64,000 nt of DNA, taken from Octopus vulgaris (lineage: Eukaryota). Location: contig OX597816.1 in the NCBI GenBank assembly GCA_951406725.2, positions 33,480,001 to 33,544,000 on the forward strand. The letters are read 5' to 3'. Positions 1 through 11,795 of this stretch are shown here, piece after piece; position 1 is the stretch's first letter; each line of letters begins with the position of its first letter. The notes under the pieces are model-generated. The model was not told the origin of the DNA. It saw only the letters and a list, made by a program, of their open reading frames with translations, and did no database searches. Made by a program: the position numbers and the translations under genes.

Positions 1-169
1 TTTATATATATATATATTCATATATACATATATATATTTATATATATCACTATATATAGTATATACATATATATAGTATATACGCAGTGAAGCTATACAA
101 TAGCGTCGTATTTATTACGATTGATATTTTCCAGTAAATATTGGTGCCTTGTACCATTTATCTACTTTA

Positions 170-205
<36 letters not shown>

Positions 206-1436
206 ATGTATGTGTGTGTGTGTTTACATATAGTCATATATAAATGTATTTATGTATACATATATATATATATATATTTATATATAAATTTATTTGTGAT
301 TTGCTGATATGCCGAGAGAGAGAGCTAGCGCACAATCGTATACATACAAACATATACATACATGTACACACAAACACAATCACAAAAACGTAACAAGAGA
401 GGGTTGCAGACAGACAGACAGACAGTAAGTGTCATAGAGTCCCCAATGAAGTTTCACCTCTCTCTCTCTCTTCCTACCTGTTGTTTTTCCACTGACTGAA
501 ATTGTTTTTTTCTCTCGGTAGTTGCTGCTGCGAAGGAAGTAGTATGGAAGACGAGAGAGAAAGGAATTGCAACAGGCATGTTCATCTCCAGTCTCGAGAT
601 AATCGACTTTTTCGTTTTCCACATGAAACTGAAAATAAGGCTGGAGAAGAAATGCCTGACGCAAAGTGTGTTCGTAAAAGATGGAAGTCAATAGCAAGCA
701 TGTTGCGAGTGAAAGAACCTGTTTAAACGAGAATATAAAAAGGAGAAAGCAAAGTCTTCAGTGTGAGTATGTGGTTTGTGGGGTCGACCGCGCCCTCCGC
801 TTCATTTTTTGTAAATCACTCCTTCTCGTTTAGTTGTATATATTTTAATTGTTTGTTTATTCATACGTTTCGTCTCATTCGATACCCTGACCCCAATGTT
901 TGTTTTGTCTGTCCTCGTATCGTCCCCTCTTTTTCTCAACCTCATGCTTAATAAAGAAACTGCCTGGGATTGTTTTAGTTGTCTTCAAATGTGTGCCTCT
1001 CTCACTCCCTCTTTCTCTTTCACTTCCATTGTGTTCCTACTCTCTCCCGCTTCTGATTTAGCAATGTGTGTATGTAACTATGTATCTACTTTTACAATGA
1101 ACGCCGTCACCACTCACTGTCTCTTTCAGTCTGTCTCTCTTTCTCACTCACTTCTTCTGTCTTTCTCACTGTCTTTCTTTCTCTCTTAGGTCCTCTCTGA
1201 AACATTTAAAAAGACAAAACGAATGCCGTCGCCACTCAATATATCTTTCACTCTCTCTGTGTCTCTCTCACCCTCTCTTTCTATCTCCCTTTCTCTCTTA
1301 CTTCCTCTCTGTCCACCTCTGTCTCGTTTTGCCATTTTGAAGTGTGATAAACACCACAGGTATGCACAAAAACAAAACGTTCGCGCATTAATATTATTCC
1401 TAATAATTGGTTGATAAGTGGATTGAACAGAATGTA

Positions 1437-1996
1437 CATTAATACCTCACTTAACGAGGGCCCACTTTACGAGGACCCAGGTTTACGAAAGTCATTTCTC
1501 AAGTGCAATTCAAAGTTTTGAACGAAATGCAGAAGTTTCTATTACCATAACAAATTCTTCTGTGTTAATGAGAAATTTACCGATAGCGAGAAAAAGCTTC
1601 TAAGTAAACAATTCTAGACTTGTTTTTTGATAGAAAACCTACAGGTCCGACTACGGTTCTTGTCAATCGGCCATCGCATCGACAAGTGATGGTGTGTGCA
1701 TGCCTTCTGCGAGTGAAAATAATTTAGAGAACGATAATAGTAACATACTTTATTATAAATCATCTCGACATTTTTTTTTTTTTTACTTTACATCAAATAT
1801 TATTTACATTCTACCGTTGTTTTATTGCCATTTATTTACGAGTATTATAAATTATAAATATAGGCAAAAAATTCTTCTAGGAACGAATTACAATTTATAG
1901 CATTACCACCATGGGGAATTGTTGCCTTGGTTTACGAATTTCGCTTACGGGCGAACTCCGTGAAAAAAAACTAACTCGTATATCAAAGCATTGCTG
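1437..1996. mobile_element. Old pogo/Tigger-like MITE
   Basis: Degenerate terminal inverted repeats (cattaatacctcacttaacgag / ctcgtatatcaaagcattgctg), each flanked by TA, with internal repeated ttacga motifs. Only about 13 of 22 TIR positions match. Confidence 0.45.
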
Positions 1997-2075
1997 TATA
2001 CACGTACACATAATAGAAGTTCACACAACAGCACGCATGCGTGCGCACTTTTACTTACTTAAAAACACACGCCTC

Positions 2076-2145
<70 letters not shown>

Positions 2146-2775
2146 CATACATACTAACAAGGATACAAAATGGTGACTTGTTGTGTGTGATAGTGTTGTG
2201 TTATATGGCTCAGTGAGCTTAGTTGCTGTTCGTTACTTCATGATTCCAAATAATGGCAACGCCAGTCATATTAGTCATAAAAGATCAACACGATGAACAC
2301 AAACTTCAATCTGGTATTCAAACGTTATCGATGTCCATACATTCTTCACAAATTTGAAGACTGTAGATAAGATAGAACGCGTTTAAAATACTTAAACGAG
2401 CAGATACTTAAATACTTAAACGAGCAGATATTGTTGTTGGTTCAACCAAGTGCCTTCTACCATAGCTTATGACCAATATAGCGTGTAATCTGCGGTAGGG
2501 TAAAATAAAGCTAGTAATGCTTTGCGGCAGAGAGAAACTAAAGGATTTACTTTAAAATATTGCGAGTACTTCTCCTGACAGAGTAGTAAATGTATAAAGA
2601 GAAGAAAATGAGAATGCACTAGGAATATTTAAAAGTTTTCAACTCAATAGCCATATTCAGGTCCCTGTATCACGCCCTAGTTACAAAATCACATAACTGC
2701 GGAGACCAGCTGAAGCATATTTAAACAAATTTACTTAAAATATAAAAGTACATTTAAAATTATATATATATACGT

Positions 2776-3065
2776 CGCCCTTTCCAAGCCTAGCCAGGCT
2801 CATGGACCCGGTTTCCCGGTTTCTGTGGCGTATGTGTTCCCCAGCTTGACGGGACGCCAGTTTATCGTAGCGTTACTCAAAAAACAGGAAGAGAGAGTGA
2901 GAGAAAGTTGTGGCGAAAGAGTACAACAGGGATCGCGACCACCCCATGCCGGGGCGTCGTGGAGCTTTTAGATATTTTCGCTCAATAAACACACACAACG
3001 CCCGGTCTGGGAATCGAAACCGCGATTCTCCGACTAAGAGTCCGCTGCCTTAACCTCCGGGCCAC
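2776..3065 (-). mobile_element. tRNA-derived SINE, family C (OR-type head), tail variant 1
   Basis: Minus strand begins tggcccggaggttaaggcagcggactc...ggtttcgattcccagaccgggcgttg (A and B boxes). Its first ~170 nt align with the copy at 55641; the 3' part differs. Confidence 0.8.
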
Positions 3066-3337
3066 TTCATTTATTTTTATTTTCCTTTTACTCTTGTTGC
3101 CCAACCATTTGCCATAAACTGGCATGGACACCGGATGTCACCGGCTCACACTAAAATGATAACACACACCAACACACATGCACAAACATATGTATATGCA
3201 TACATGGCATGTCTCTTTTAACTTTCATCTACTAAATTCACTTACCAGGTTTTAGTTATCTCAGAATGTTAACTCCCGAAGGCGCCACGCAGTGGGATTG
3301 AAGGCGGAATCATTCGATTGGGTGGCATGGTTCCTTA

Positions 3338-3529
3338 TTTCTTTATTACTCACAAGGGGCTAAACATCGAGGGGACACACAAGGACAGACAAAAGGATTA
3401 AGTCGATTAGATCGACACCAGTATGAAAGGCAAAGTCGACCTCGACGGAATTTGAACGTAACTGCAAACGAAATAACACTAAGCATTTCGTCCGGCGTGC
3501 TAACGATTCTGCCAGCTTGCCGCCTTCCA
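3338..3529 (-). mobile_element. SINE family B copy (internally deleted) nested in a degenerate family A copy
   Basis: Homologous to 7853-8086. Flanked by a 19-bp target-site duplication with one mismatch: tgggtggcatggttcctta (3319-3337) and tgggtggcatggtttctta (3530-3548). Degenerate family A head sequence lies on both sides (about 3220-3570). Confidence 0.85.
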
Positions 3530-3688
3530 TGGGTGGCATGGTTTCTTACCATACATCCACTCTCGCACCTACACACACGCACACACACACATACACATAC
3601 ACATTCTTCAGAATTTAAAATATGTCACAAACATTATTTAACTAACTTAACCTAAAGTTCGTTTCTTACGAATCACACTGATGCTTTT

Positions 3689-3729
<41 letters not shown>

Positions 3730-4119
3730 GTGTGTGTGCATGAAAATATAGATTGGGATGCATGGTATTTCTGCTACAGGAATACACATCACAACAGAGA
3801 AAGAATGAAGAAGATGGCGAGAGAGTTGCACATAAATAATAATGTATAGAACGTAGTTCTACAAAAATCATTAGTTTTAAAACAACAATGTTTGAATTTA
3901 TCCCTATAAGCATCAAACAGCTAAACAAATCACGAAATCCAAATGTCACATTATAGACTCCTCAAATGAACTCCATCCAGACGTGTGTCGTCTCAGAATA
4001 ACATCTTAGTTTCCAGAAACAATGGAAGAAATAGCCCACATCCTGTAACATTGAACTGATGCAATTAGGATTGACATTGCAGCGGCTACGACGGTTTAAA
4101 ATTTATTTCAGATCTCTGA

Positions 4120-4217
4120 GTGATGTATGCATGTATGTATCTATGTATGTGTGTATGCATAAATGTGTGTGTATATGTACACCTATGTTTGCATGTATAT
4201 ATATGTACATATATGTA

Positions 4218-4265
<48 letters not shown>

Positions 4266-4720
4266 CAAACATCTATATAAGTATATATTTATATGAAAAT
4301 ATGTATATGTGTGTGTATATATATATATATGCATATATATGCATATATATGCACTTATATATGTATATATATATATACATATATGTATGTATATATATAT
4401 GTATATATATATATATATGTATATATATACATGTATATATGGATGTATATATACATACACACATATATATATATATACATGTATGCATATATATGTATAC
4501 ATATACATAAATATATATATATATATATACGTTTATGTACGATTGTGTGGATGCATGTATATGCATATATGAGCATAAATATACGTGTGTGAGTTTATAG
4601 GAGCACACACACACGCACACATACATACATATGTGTGTATACATAGAACGAATGACTGTACTGAAACTACACACTCACATATACGCACACATACACACAC
4701 ACATATATACATACATAACT
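4120..4720. repeat. Compound (TA)n/(TG)n/(TATG)n microsatellite field
   Basis: Directly visible dinucleotide and tetranucleotide runs; source of the spurious YIYI ORFs. Confidence 0.95.
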
Positions 4721-5321
4721 ACGTAAGTTCACGTTCATTCACTCACACACATTCAGATAGTTAAGAGTGTAACTTTGTTGGCAAATCTCTCTCTCTCTAT
4801 CTATCTATTTATCCATGTTTATTTATATACACTTGCCTGAGTTTATGTGTTTATATATATATATATATGCATATATATGTATATTTGTATATACGTATCT
4901 ATACATATAAATCACTGTGAATGGAACTATATGGGGTACGTAGCAAAGAGTCATATTATGCAACCTTAAAAGACATGTGTCTGTACTTACCGACAACAGT
5001 CTGGCACAATATAGTGCAATCATGGCTATCTATCCATCATTCTATTTACTTCAGTGTATATGCGTGTGTATCTGTGTCTATATATCCAACAGATAGGAAT
5101 AATCAACCGATATCTAAAGAACGATATGCATGTTTCATTCGGATTGGTTAAACTATGTGCCATTTGCTTGCAAATATAGTCATTAGATATACAGAGTATT
5201 CAGAAAATTAGTCAGGCGCTAGCTTTACAAAATGCTAGATTATAGCCATATCATTCTAATGTCCACTATAGTATATAACTCAATAGTGAGTATGCGATAT
5301 ATTTATCGTACATTACTTGTT

Positions 5322-5364
<43 letters not shown>

Positions 5365-5881
5365 TTATTTATTTATTTATTTATATAATCACAAACATAC
5401 ATATATACATTGTGTTTGTTACTGGTATGTCTCCACTGTACACTTTTCCATGCTTTGCTTATATATATTCTAGCATGTTTTTAGATTATCAAGATGTCAA
5501 TTCTGATGACTAAACAAGCAAGAAAGAAGTTTGTCGCCAAAGAACTATTGATTTCAGTAAATGTACTTTAACAGACACAGTAAAAAAAAAAAAAAAAATG
5601 TGTAAAATCAAAGCAAAAATACAACAACATTAGCAAAAGAATAAATTTAAAAAAAAATAATAAAATCAAACAAAATTGAAAGAAAGAAAGACGGCCGGAA
5701 ACTTCGAAAATCAATGGAATATAAATTATACAACAATGGAAATAACGTGAACCGCAAATATCAAGTAAGCATTGAATGCACCAATTTTAAAATAAAGGTA
5801 CTTGAAATAGAAAAAAAATACTATAAAGTGAAGCTTGTACGAATGAATGTAAGAACTAAACGGGGGCACCATATTTGTATT

Positions 5882-5934
<53 letters not shown>

Positions 5935-6523
5935 TGTATGTATGTATATCTGTGTGTGTGTAACATTTATACTATATTTATATATATATATATATATATA
6001 CAAACTATGTATACTTTTGTAACATGATTTCACGATAGGGTTTAAATTTTTTTGTACAACGATATACAGCGTTAGTTTGTAGCAGTTCCTGAATGGAAAG
6101 AGAATAGTGGGCAAATTTATCTTGATATATATTATTTGTTAGACTATTCTTTAACATTTTAGTTAGAAAATCTTATCTTCCAAATGGTTCTTACGTAAAC
6201 TTTATTCTAAAATCTACACTACTGTAAAATTTTCACGGCTCTAAAAATGTTGGACTTTCCAGCTCTTTTGAAAATTTTACAAGGTCTGGTTCTGTTTCAC
6301 CCTAAGCATTCATTCTTCCTTATTCGAGAAAGTTTCTGGATATTAATGCAAGCGAGGAAAGGCAGAGCATTTCTGTAGAATATTCTTTATTATCCTTCCA
6401 GTAAAAACGTATATTGAAGAATCTGAATCTTACACCAGAGGTATTGCTAAACCGAAAGGAACAGTTATTTATCATGGCATTTTGAAATAGTCGCTTCACA
6501 CCTTTCGGTGTAGCCTGTTTAAA

Positions 6524-6706
6524 ATTGCACACAAACCTTTGTGGTCAAAGTCTCGGTTGTAATTCCTTTCCTGGTAAACAAGTTCACTAGACATTTAACT
6601 AAGGTATTGCGCACTGATATTGAACCTAGAGCAATGTAGTTGCAAAATGAACGTGTTAACCAGGAACGGAATTGCAACCCAGACTTTGACCACAAAGGTT
6701 TGTGTG

Positions 6707-6710
<4 letters not shown>
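6524..6710. repeat. Inverted repeat, 63-bp arms, 61-nt spacer
   Basis: 6524-6586 matches the reverse complement of 6648-6710 at 57 of 63 positions (manual alignment). Confidence 0.9.
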
Positions 6711-6785
<75 letters not shown>

Positions 6786-6862
6786 TGTGCGTGTGTGTGC
6801 CTGCGTATCTATGTATATATATATATATATATACAAACTGAAAGAAATCCGTCGTATATATG

Positions 6863-7275
6863 CTCTTTTACTCTTTTACCCTTTTACTTGTTTCAGTCAT
6901 TTGACTGTGGCCATGCTGGAGCACCGCCTTTAATCGAGCAACTCGACCCCGGGACTTATTCTTTTTGTAAGCCCAGTACTTATTCTATCGGTCTCTTTGG
7001 CCGAACCGCTAGGTATCGGGGACATAAACACACCAGCATCGGTTGTCAAGCAATGCTAGGGGGACAAACACAGACACACAAACACACACACTTATATATA
7101 TATACATATATACGACGGGCTTTCTTTTTAGTTTCCGCCTACCAAATCCACTCACAAGGCTTTTGTCGGCCCGAGGCTATAGTAGAGGACACTTGCCCAA
7201 GGTGCCACGCAGTGGGACTAAACCCGGAACCATGTGGTTGGTAAACAAGCTACTTACCACACAGCCATTCCTGCG

Positions 7276-7278
<3 letters not shown>
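6863..7278 (-). mobile_element. Full-length tRNA-derived SINE, family A (~420 bp, internal TA/CA microsatellite)
   Basis: Minus strand: ggcgcaggaatggctgtgtggtaagtagcttg...gggtttagtcccactgcgtggcaccttgggcaagtgtc (A/B boxes), central microsatellite, 3' tail ...gactgaaacaagtaaaa(gagtaaaa)n. Many homologous copies in the window. A degenerate partial copy follows at about 7306-7460. Confidence 0.92.
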
Positions 7279-7308
<30 letters not shown>

Positions 7309-7852
7309 GACGAATTTCTTTCAGTTTTCGTCTACCAAATCCACTTACAAGTGTATAGACAGGCCGAGGCCATAGAAAATGACATCTCCAAGGTACCACG
7401 CAGTTGAAGTGAGCTCGGAAATACACCGTTGAAAAGCAATTATTTTACCACACAGCCACGACTGGCTAGTCCGTTTCATTTAGCGATATGGCCGAAGATT
7501 TAATGTAAGTGATGTTACTGAATGTTTGATTCATTCTACAATGCTGTAGAGTGAATATTCGGAAATTTATTAATATCACATACGACATATATGGAAATTT
7601 CTTAATATCACAGAGATGTACATCTTTTATGGCGAAAATTCCTGAGAAACAAAGAGGACTGAAACTTTTCTAGGAATTTATACAGGTTTAACTATACATC
7701 AAAAGAAACCTTATCATCCGTAACATGTTCCTGTCTATAGAATGCTTCAGCTGAGAAACACCGAACACATATGCCTGTGTTCAAAAGAATTTCCTTGCAG
7801 CTGGGTAATATTGAGTAATGATCGCTTACACAGAATCACACATAGAAATACA

Positions 7853-8086
7853 TATTTCTTTATTACCCACAAGGGGCTAAACATAGAGGGGACAAAAAAG
7901 GACAGGCATGGGTATTAAGTAAATTATATCGACCCCCAGTGCGTAACTAGTACTTATTTAATCGACCCCGAAAGGATGAAAGGCAAAGTCAACCTCGGCG
8001 GAATTTGAACTCACAACGTAACGGCAGACGAAATACCGCAAAGCATTTCGCCCGGCGTGCTAACGTTTCTGCCAGCTCGCCGCCTT
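7853..8086 (-). mobile_element. Full-length SINE, family B (~235 bp; central domain resembles the MetaSINE domain)
   Basis: Minus strand: ggcggcgagctggcagaaacgttagcacgccgggcgaaatgc...gagttcaaattccgccgaggttgactttgcctttcatcctttcggggtcgat... Perfect 18-bp TSD atcacacatagaaataca at 7835-7852 and 8087-8104. The Meta-domain assignment is from memory of the gcctttcatcctttcggggtcgat motif. Confidence 0.92.
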
Positions 8087-8795
8087 ATCACACATAGAAA
8101 TACAGGCGCACAGACACTTAAGGCACGTGCACAAGTGTGTAAGGTAATGAGCTCAGAATTATGAGGACAAAACTTTGATTCTTGGCTTTGATAGTGAACA
8201 TTACAGCGAATCTAGGTTGGCTGTCGACTAGCGTGTCTCAACCGGGTCGAAATGATCCTTGCAGGACCATATAAGATTTTGTTTAAATTTATGAGCAATA
8301 ATTGTACACTTCAACAATGCACATATTATATTACTGTATATAATTCCCAGTAATATTTCAGTATGAAAATACAATATGATTGTATATATATATATATATA
8401 TATATCATTGCAGTAGAGGACTTTCTGCCCATCTTGAGTGGTGAATATTTGCAGCCAATGAAATAAAGGAAACAGGGAGATATGTTGCAGTGTAGAGGAC
8501 GGGAGATGAGGTAGAAACAGCCTCTTGTTGGTTATAGAACAGGGAAGTTGAAATAAGATAGAGTGGGGACAGCAAGGAAGGGGCTACCACTTAAGGTCGA
8601 AAAATCCAATTCTGTAAAATGCATCAAATATAAAATATTCCTCGTGAAATCTATATACACCGGGATTATTTTATATGAGTGAATGTGTGCAAACGTGTGT
8701 ATCTATCTATCTATCTTTCTATCTATCTTTATATATATATATATATATATATACATGCATATCTGTATATCTATATACATGTATATATATGTGTG

Positions 8796-8830
<35 letters not shown>

Positions 8831-8835
8831 CTTTC

Positions 8836-9233
8836 TTCTCTTACTTGTTTCAGTTATTTGACTGCCGCCATGTTGGAGCTCCCACCGCTTTAGTTGAACA
8901 ACTCGACCCCAGGAATTATTCTTTGTAAGCCCAGTATTATCCGTCTCTTTTGCCGAACCACTAATTTACGGTGGCGTAAACACTTCATCAGTTGTCTAGC
9001 GATTGTGGGGGTACAAGCAGACACACACATACATACACACACGCATGCACACACATATATATATATACATACGACATGCTCTTTGCAATTTCCGTCTATC
9101 AAATCCATTCACAAGGTTTTGATCGGCCCGAGGATATAGCAGAAGACACTTGCCCAAGGTGCCACACAGTGAGACTGAACCAGGGACTATATGGTTGGTA
9201 AGCAAACTAGTAACCACACAATCACGCTTGCGT
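8836..9233 (-). mobile_element. SINE family A, diverged full-length copy
   Basis: Colinear with 6863-7278 over its whole length. Confidence 0.88.
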
Positions 9234-9234
9234 G

Positions 9235-9291
<57 letters not shown>

Positions 9292-9689
9292 CATATAAAT
9301 ACATGTGTATATGTATATATATTTTATATATACACAAACACATACACACACGTACATACATACGAACGCATAAATATGTTGCATGTAAATACTGGATTGA
9401 AAAACGTTTGGACAGAAAAAAGTCGAAGGCTTTCTATGTACTTATATACTCATACACACGCATAAATATACATACAAAAGCACATATGTATATTTAAAAA
9501 AAATACAGAGCTAAACATGCTATCAGATTCAATTCCCCATTTTGTCCTTTGCTTTTTGTTTCTTTTTGTATAAAAATGCATTATCATGCGGGATATAACT
9601 GTGTTTACAACTCCTCTCTTATAATTCCAGCCGTCTATCTCTACACTAACTCTCATACAAATACAAATATACACTCACACAGATTTCTT

Positions 9690-9737
9690 TTTGTGTGTGT
9701 GTGTTCATGTGTGTACTTTTATCACGTGTATGCAAGC

Positions 9738-9780
<43 letters not shown>

Positions 9781-9916
9781 TGTGTATATATATATATACA
9801 CACATATATGTATATATATATATATATATATATACATATATGTGTATATATATATATACACATATGTGTATATATATATATACATATGTGTATATATATA
9901 TATATATACATATATG

Positions 9917-9950
<34 letters not shown>

Positions 9951-10036
9951 TATATACATTTACATATATATGTGTATATATATATATATATATATGTATA
10001 TGCATGCAACTATTGATCCATCGCCCTCTCTCTCTT

Positions 10037-10085
<49 letters not shown>
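9690..10085. repeat. (TA)n/(TATG)n microsatellite field
   Basis: Directly visible. Confidence 0.95.
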
Positions 10086-11013
10086 TAATTATGTATATTA
10101 TGTTAGGTGGGCATATGAAAATCCATGCATCTGTTTGTTGTTATAGAGGTAGATCATGCTGCAGAGAGTGTCACAAGAGGAAACGTTTGCTGTTTTTGAT
10201 ATAAGTGAGTTTAAAGTCATCTTTGTCAGATTCAATATATTCTGTTTCAATGGAATGAACTGGAGAATAGCTTCATGACCCACAACACATTATAATATAT
10301 CTATAAAAGGTTGAACATAAAAATCCGAAATTAGATATAAACATTAAAGATACATTAAGCTGGAGATGACCGCATTAAAGAGAAACTACATACAATGGGA
10401 AACTTTGATGTGGGGGAGATTTTCTGTATAGTAGAGTCTTTTTTTTTCAGCTTTTTAATGATTGCTTTTGTCGGGGTGGTGTTTTTGCACATTTCTGTGA
10501 TTGCCCTTATCGAATGAAAATAAAGGAATAAGATGTATAATGTACACTTAGAAAATATATTGTGTAATCTATCATGACTTCATATGAGAAGGATTGTGGT
10601 TGTAAAGCAGAGCGGCCATAATATTTCTAGCTTTCAAGAGTGGAGTACTGAGTGCTTTGATACTGCACTAATTGAATCCCATTTCAAACCATTTATCAAC
10701 ACAATACTATTTTACTGACAGGCGCGCTCACATGTAAATTACTAAGAAGGGAAGGGTTCTTCGCATGAGCCAAAGTTTCCGACTCATGCTGAAATCACAT
10801 GTCAGATTAAAAGAGGTAGTACTAGAAACACTAAACCTGAAAAATAAGGTAGGATGATCACAGCAGATCACTATTCTTGAATGAATACCAACAGTGTATG
10901 GAGTTTGATTAAATCGTCTAAGCCCTCCACCAAAATTTCAGAACTTGTCATATACTAGCAAGGATTATAAACCATATATTTCACGTGTTACATGCCGAAA
11001 TAGTTATTTCTCA

Positions 11014-11302
11014 GAGTTGATTTGGTAGACGGAAACTGAAAAAAAGCCCGCCGTATATATGTATATATGTATGTGTGTATGTGTATATGTTTGTATGTCT
11101 GTGTTTGTTAGCCCACAAACATCGCTTGACAACTGATGCTGGTGTGTTTACGTCTCCGTAACTTAACGGTTCGGCAAAAAGAGACCGATAGAATAAGTTC
11201 TAGTCTTCCAAAGAATAAGTCTTGGGGTCGATTTGCTCGACTAAAGGCGGTGCTCGAGCTTGGCTGCAGTCAAATACTGAAACAAGTAAAAGAGTAAAAG
11301 AG
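11014..11302 (+). mobile_element. SINE family A, 5'-truncated copy
   Basis: gatttggtagacggaaactgaaa...cagtcaaatactgaaacaagtaaaagagtaaaagag is the reverse complement of the 3' two-thirds of 6863-7278; the tRNA head is missing. Confidence 0.88.
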
Positions 11303-11304
11303 AT

Positions 11305-11795
11305 GCGCTACTGATTCTGCCAGCTTACCGTCTTCATAATATTCCTGCTCACTATAGGCACAAGGCTTGAAATTTTAGAGCAAATGTCTAAGCGACTGCA
11401 AAACCTACTGTGCTTGAATGATCCCCTATTTTACTGATACTGAAACGATGAAAAACAAAACTGGCCTGGCCGGAATTTGCCCTCAGATCATTACGACGGG
11501 AAAAAACAGTGCCAATTGTTTCACCCGCTGTGCTAACGATTCTACCAGCGTACCGCATTTACGAAAACAGCAATAACAACAAGAATGTTAATAATAATGG
11601 TGCAAATATTTTGGCATAAGAACAGCAATTTTGGGTTCAGGATAAGTCAATAGCATTGGCCCCGGTGTTCAAATTTGACTTATTCACTCGACCCAGAAAT
11701 ATGAAAGTTAAACTCGATCTGGACGGTATTTGAACTCAGAAAGTGAAGTGGAATGAAATGCTACTAAGCATACTTTCCAGTTTGGTAACGAATTT
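11305..11795 (-). mobile_element. Cluster of old, degenerate family B-related SINE copies
   Basis: Repeated degenerate gctaacgattctgccagc, ggaatttgaactcaga and gcacaaggc/gcataagaacagcaatttt motifs matching 57250-57450. Confidence 0.6.

Noticed and set aside
502-726. Plus-strand 74-aa ORF (MEDERERNCNRH...)
   Set aside because: No recognisable domain and no convincing splice context.
1189-1359. Plus-strand acceptor (ctctcttag) and donor (cag|gtatgc) pair
   Set aside because: The acceptor derives from CT-rich simple sequence and the enclosed sequence is low complexity; no supporting evidence.
4059-4674. Stacks of overlapping [12 protein letters not shown] ORFs here and near 9.5-10.2k, 15.6k, 27-28.7k, 32k, 37k, 48k and 52k
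   Set aside because: Translations of (TA)n/(CA)n microsatellites, which lack stop codons; not genes.
6702-7375. ORFs with PRCHAVGLNP or MPKVPRSGT peptides recurring at several loci
   Set aside because: Antisense translations of SINE family A; the PRC is not an MMP cysteine switch.
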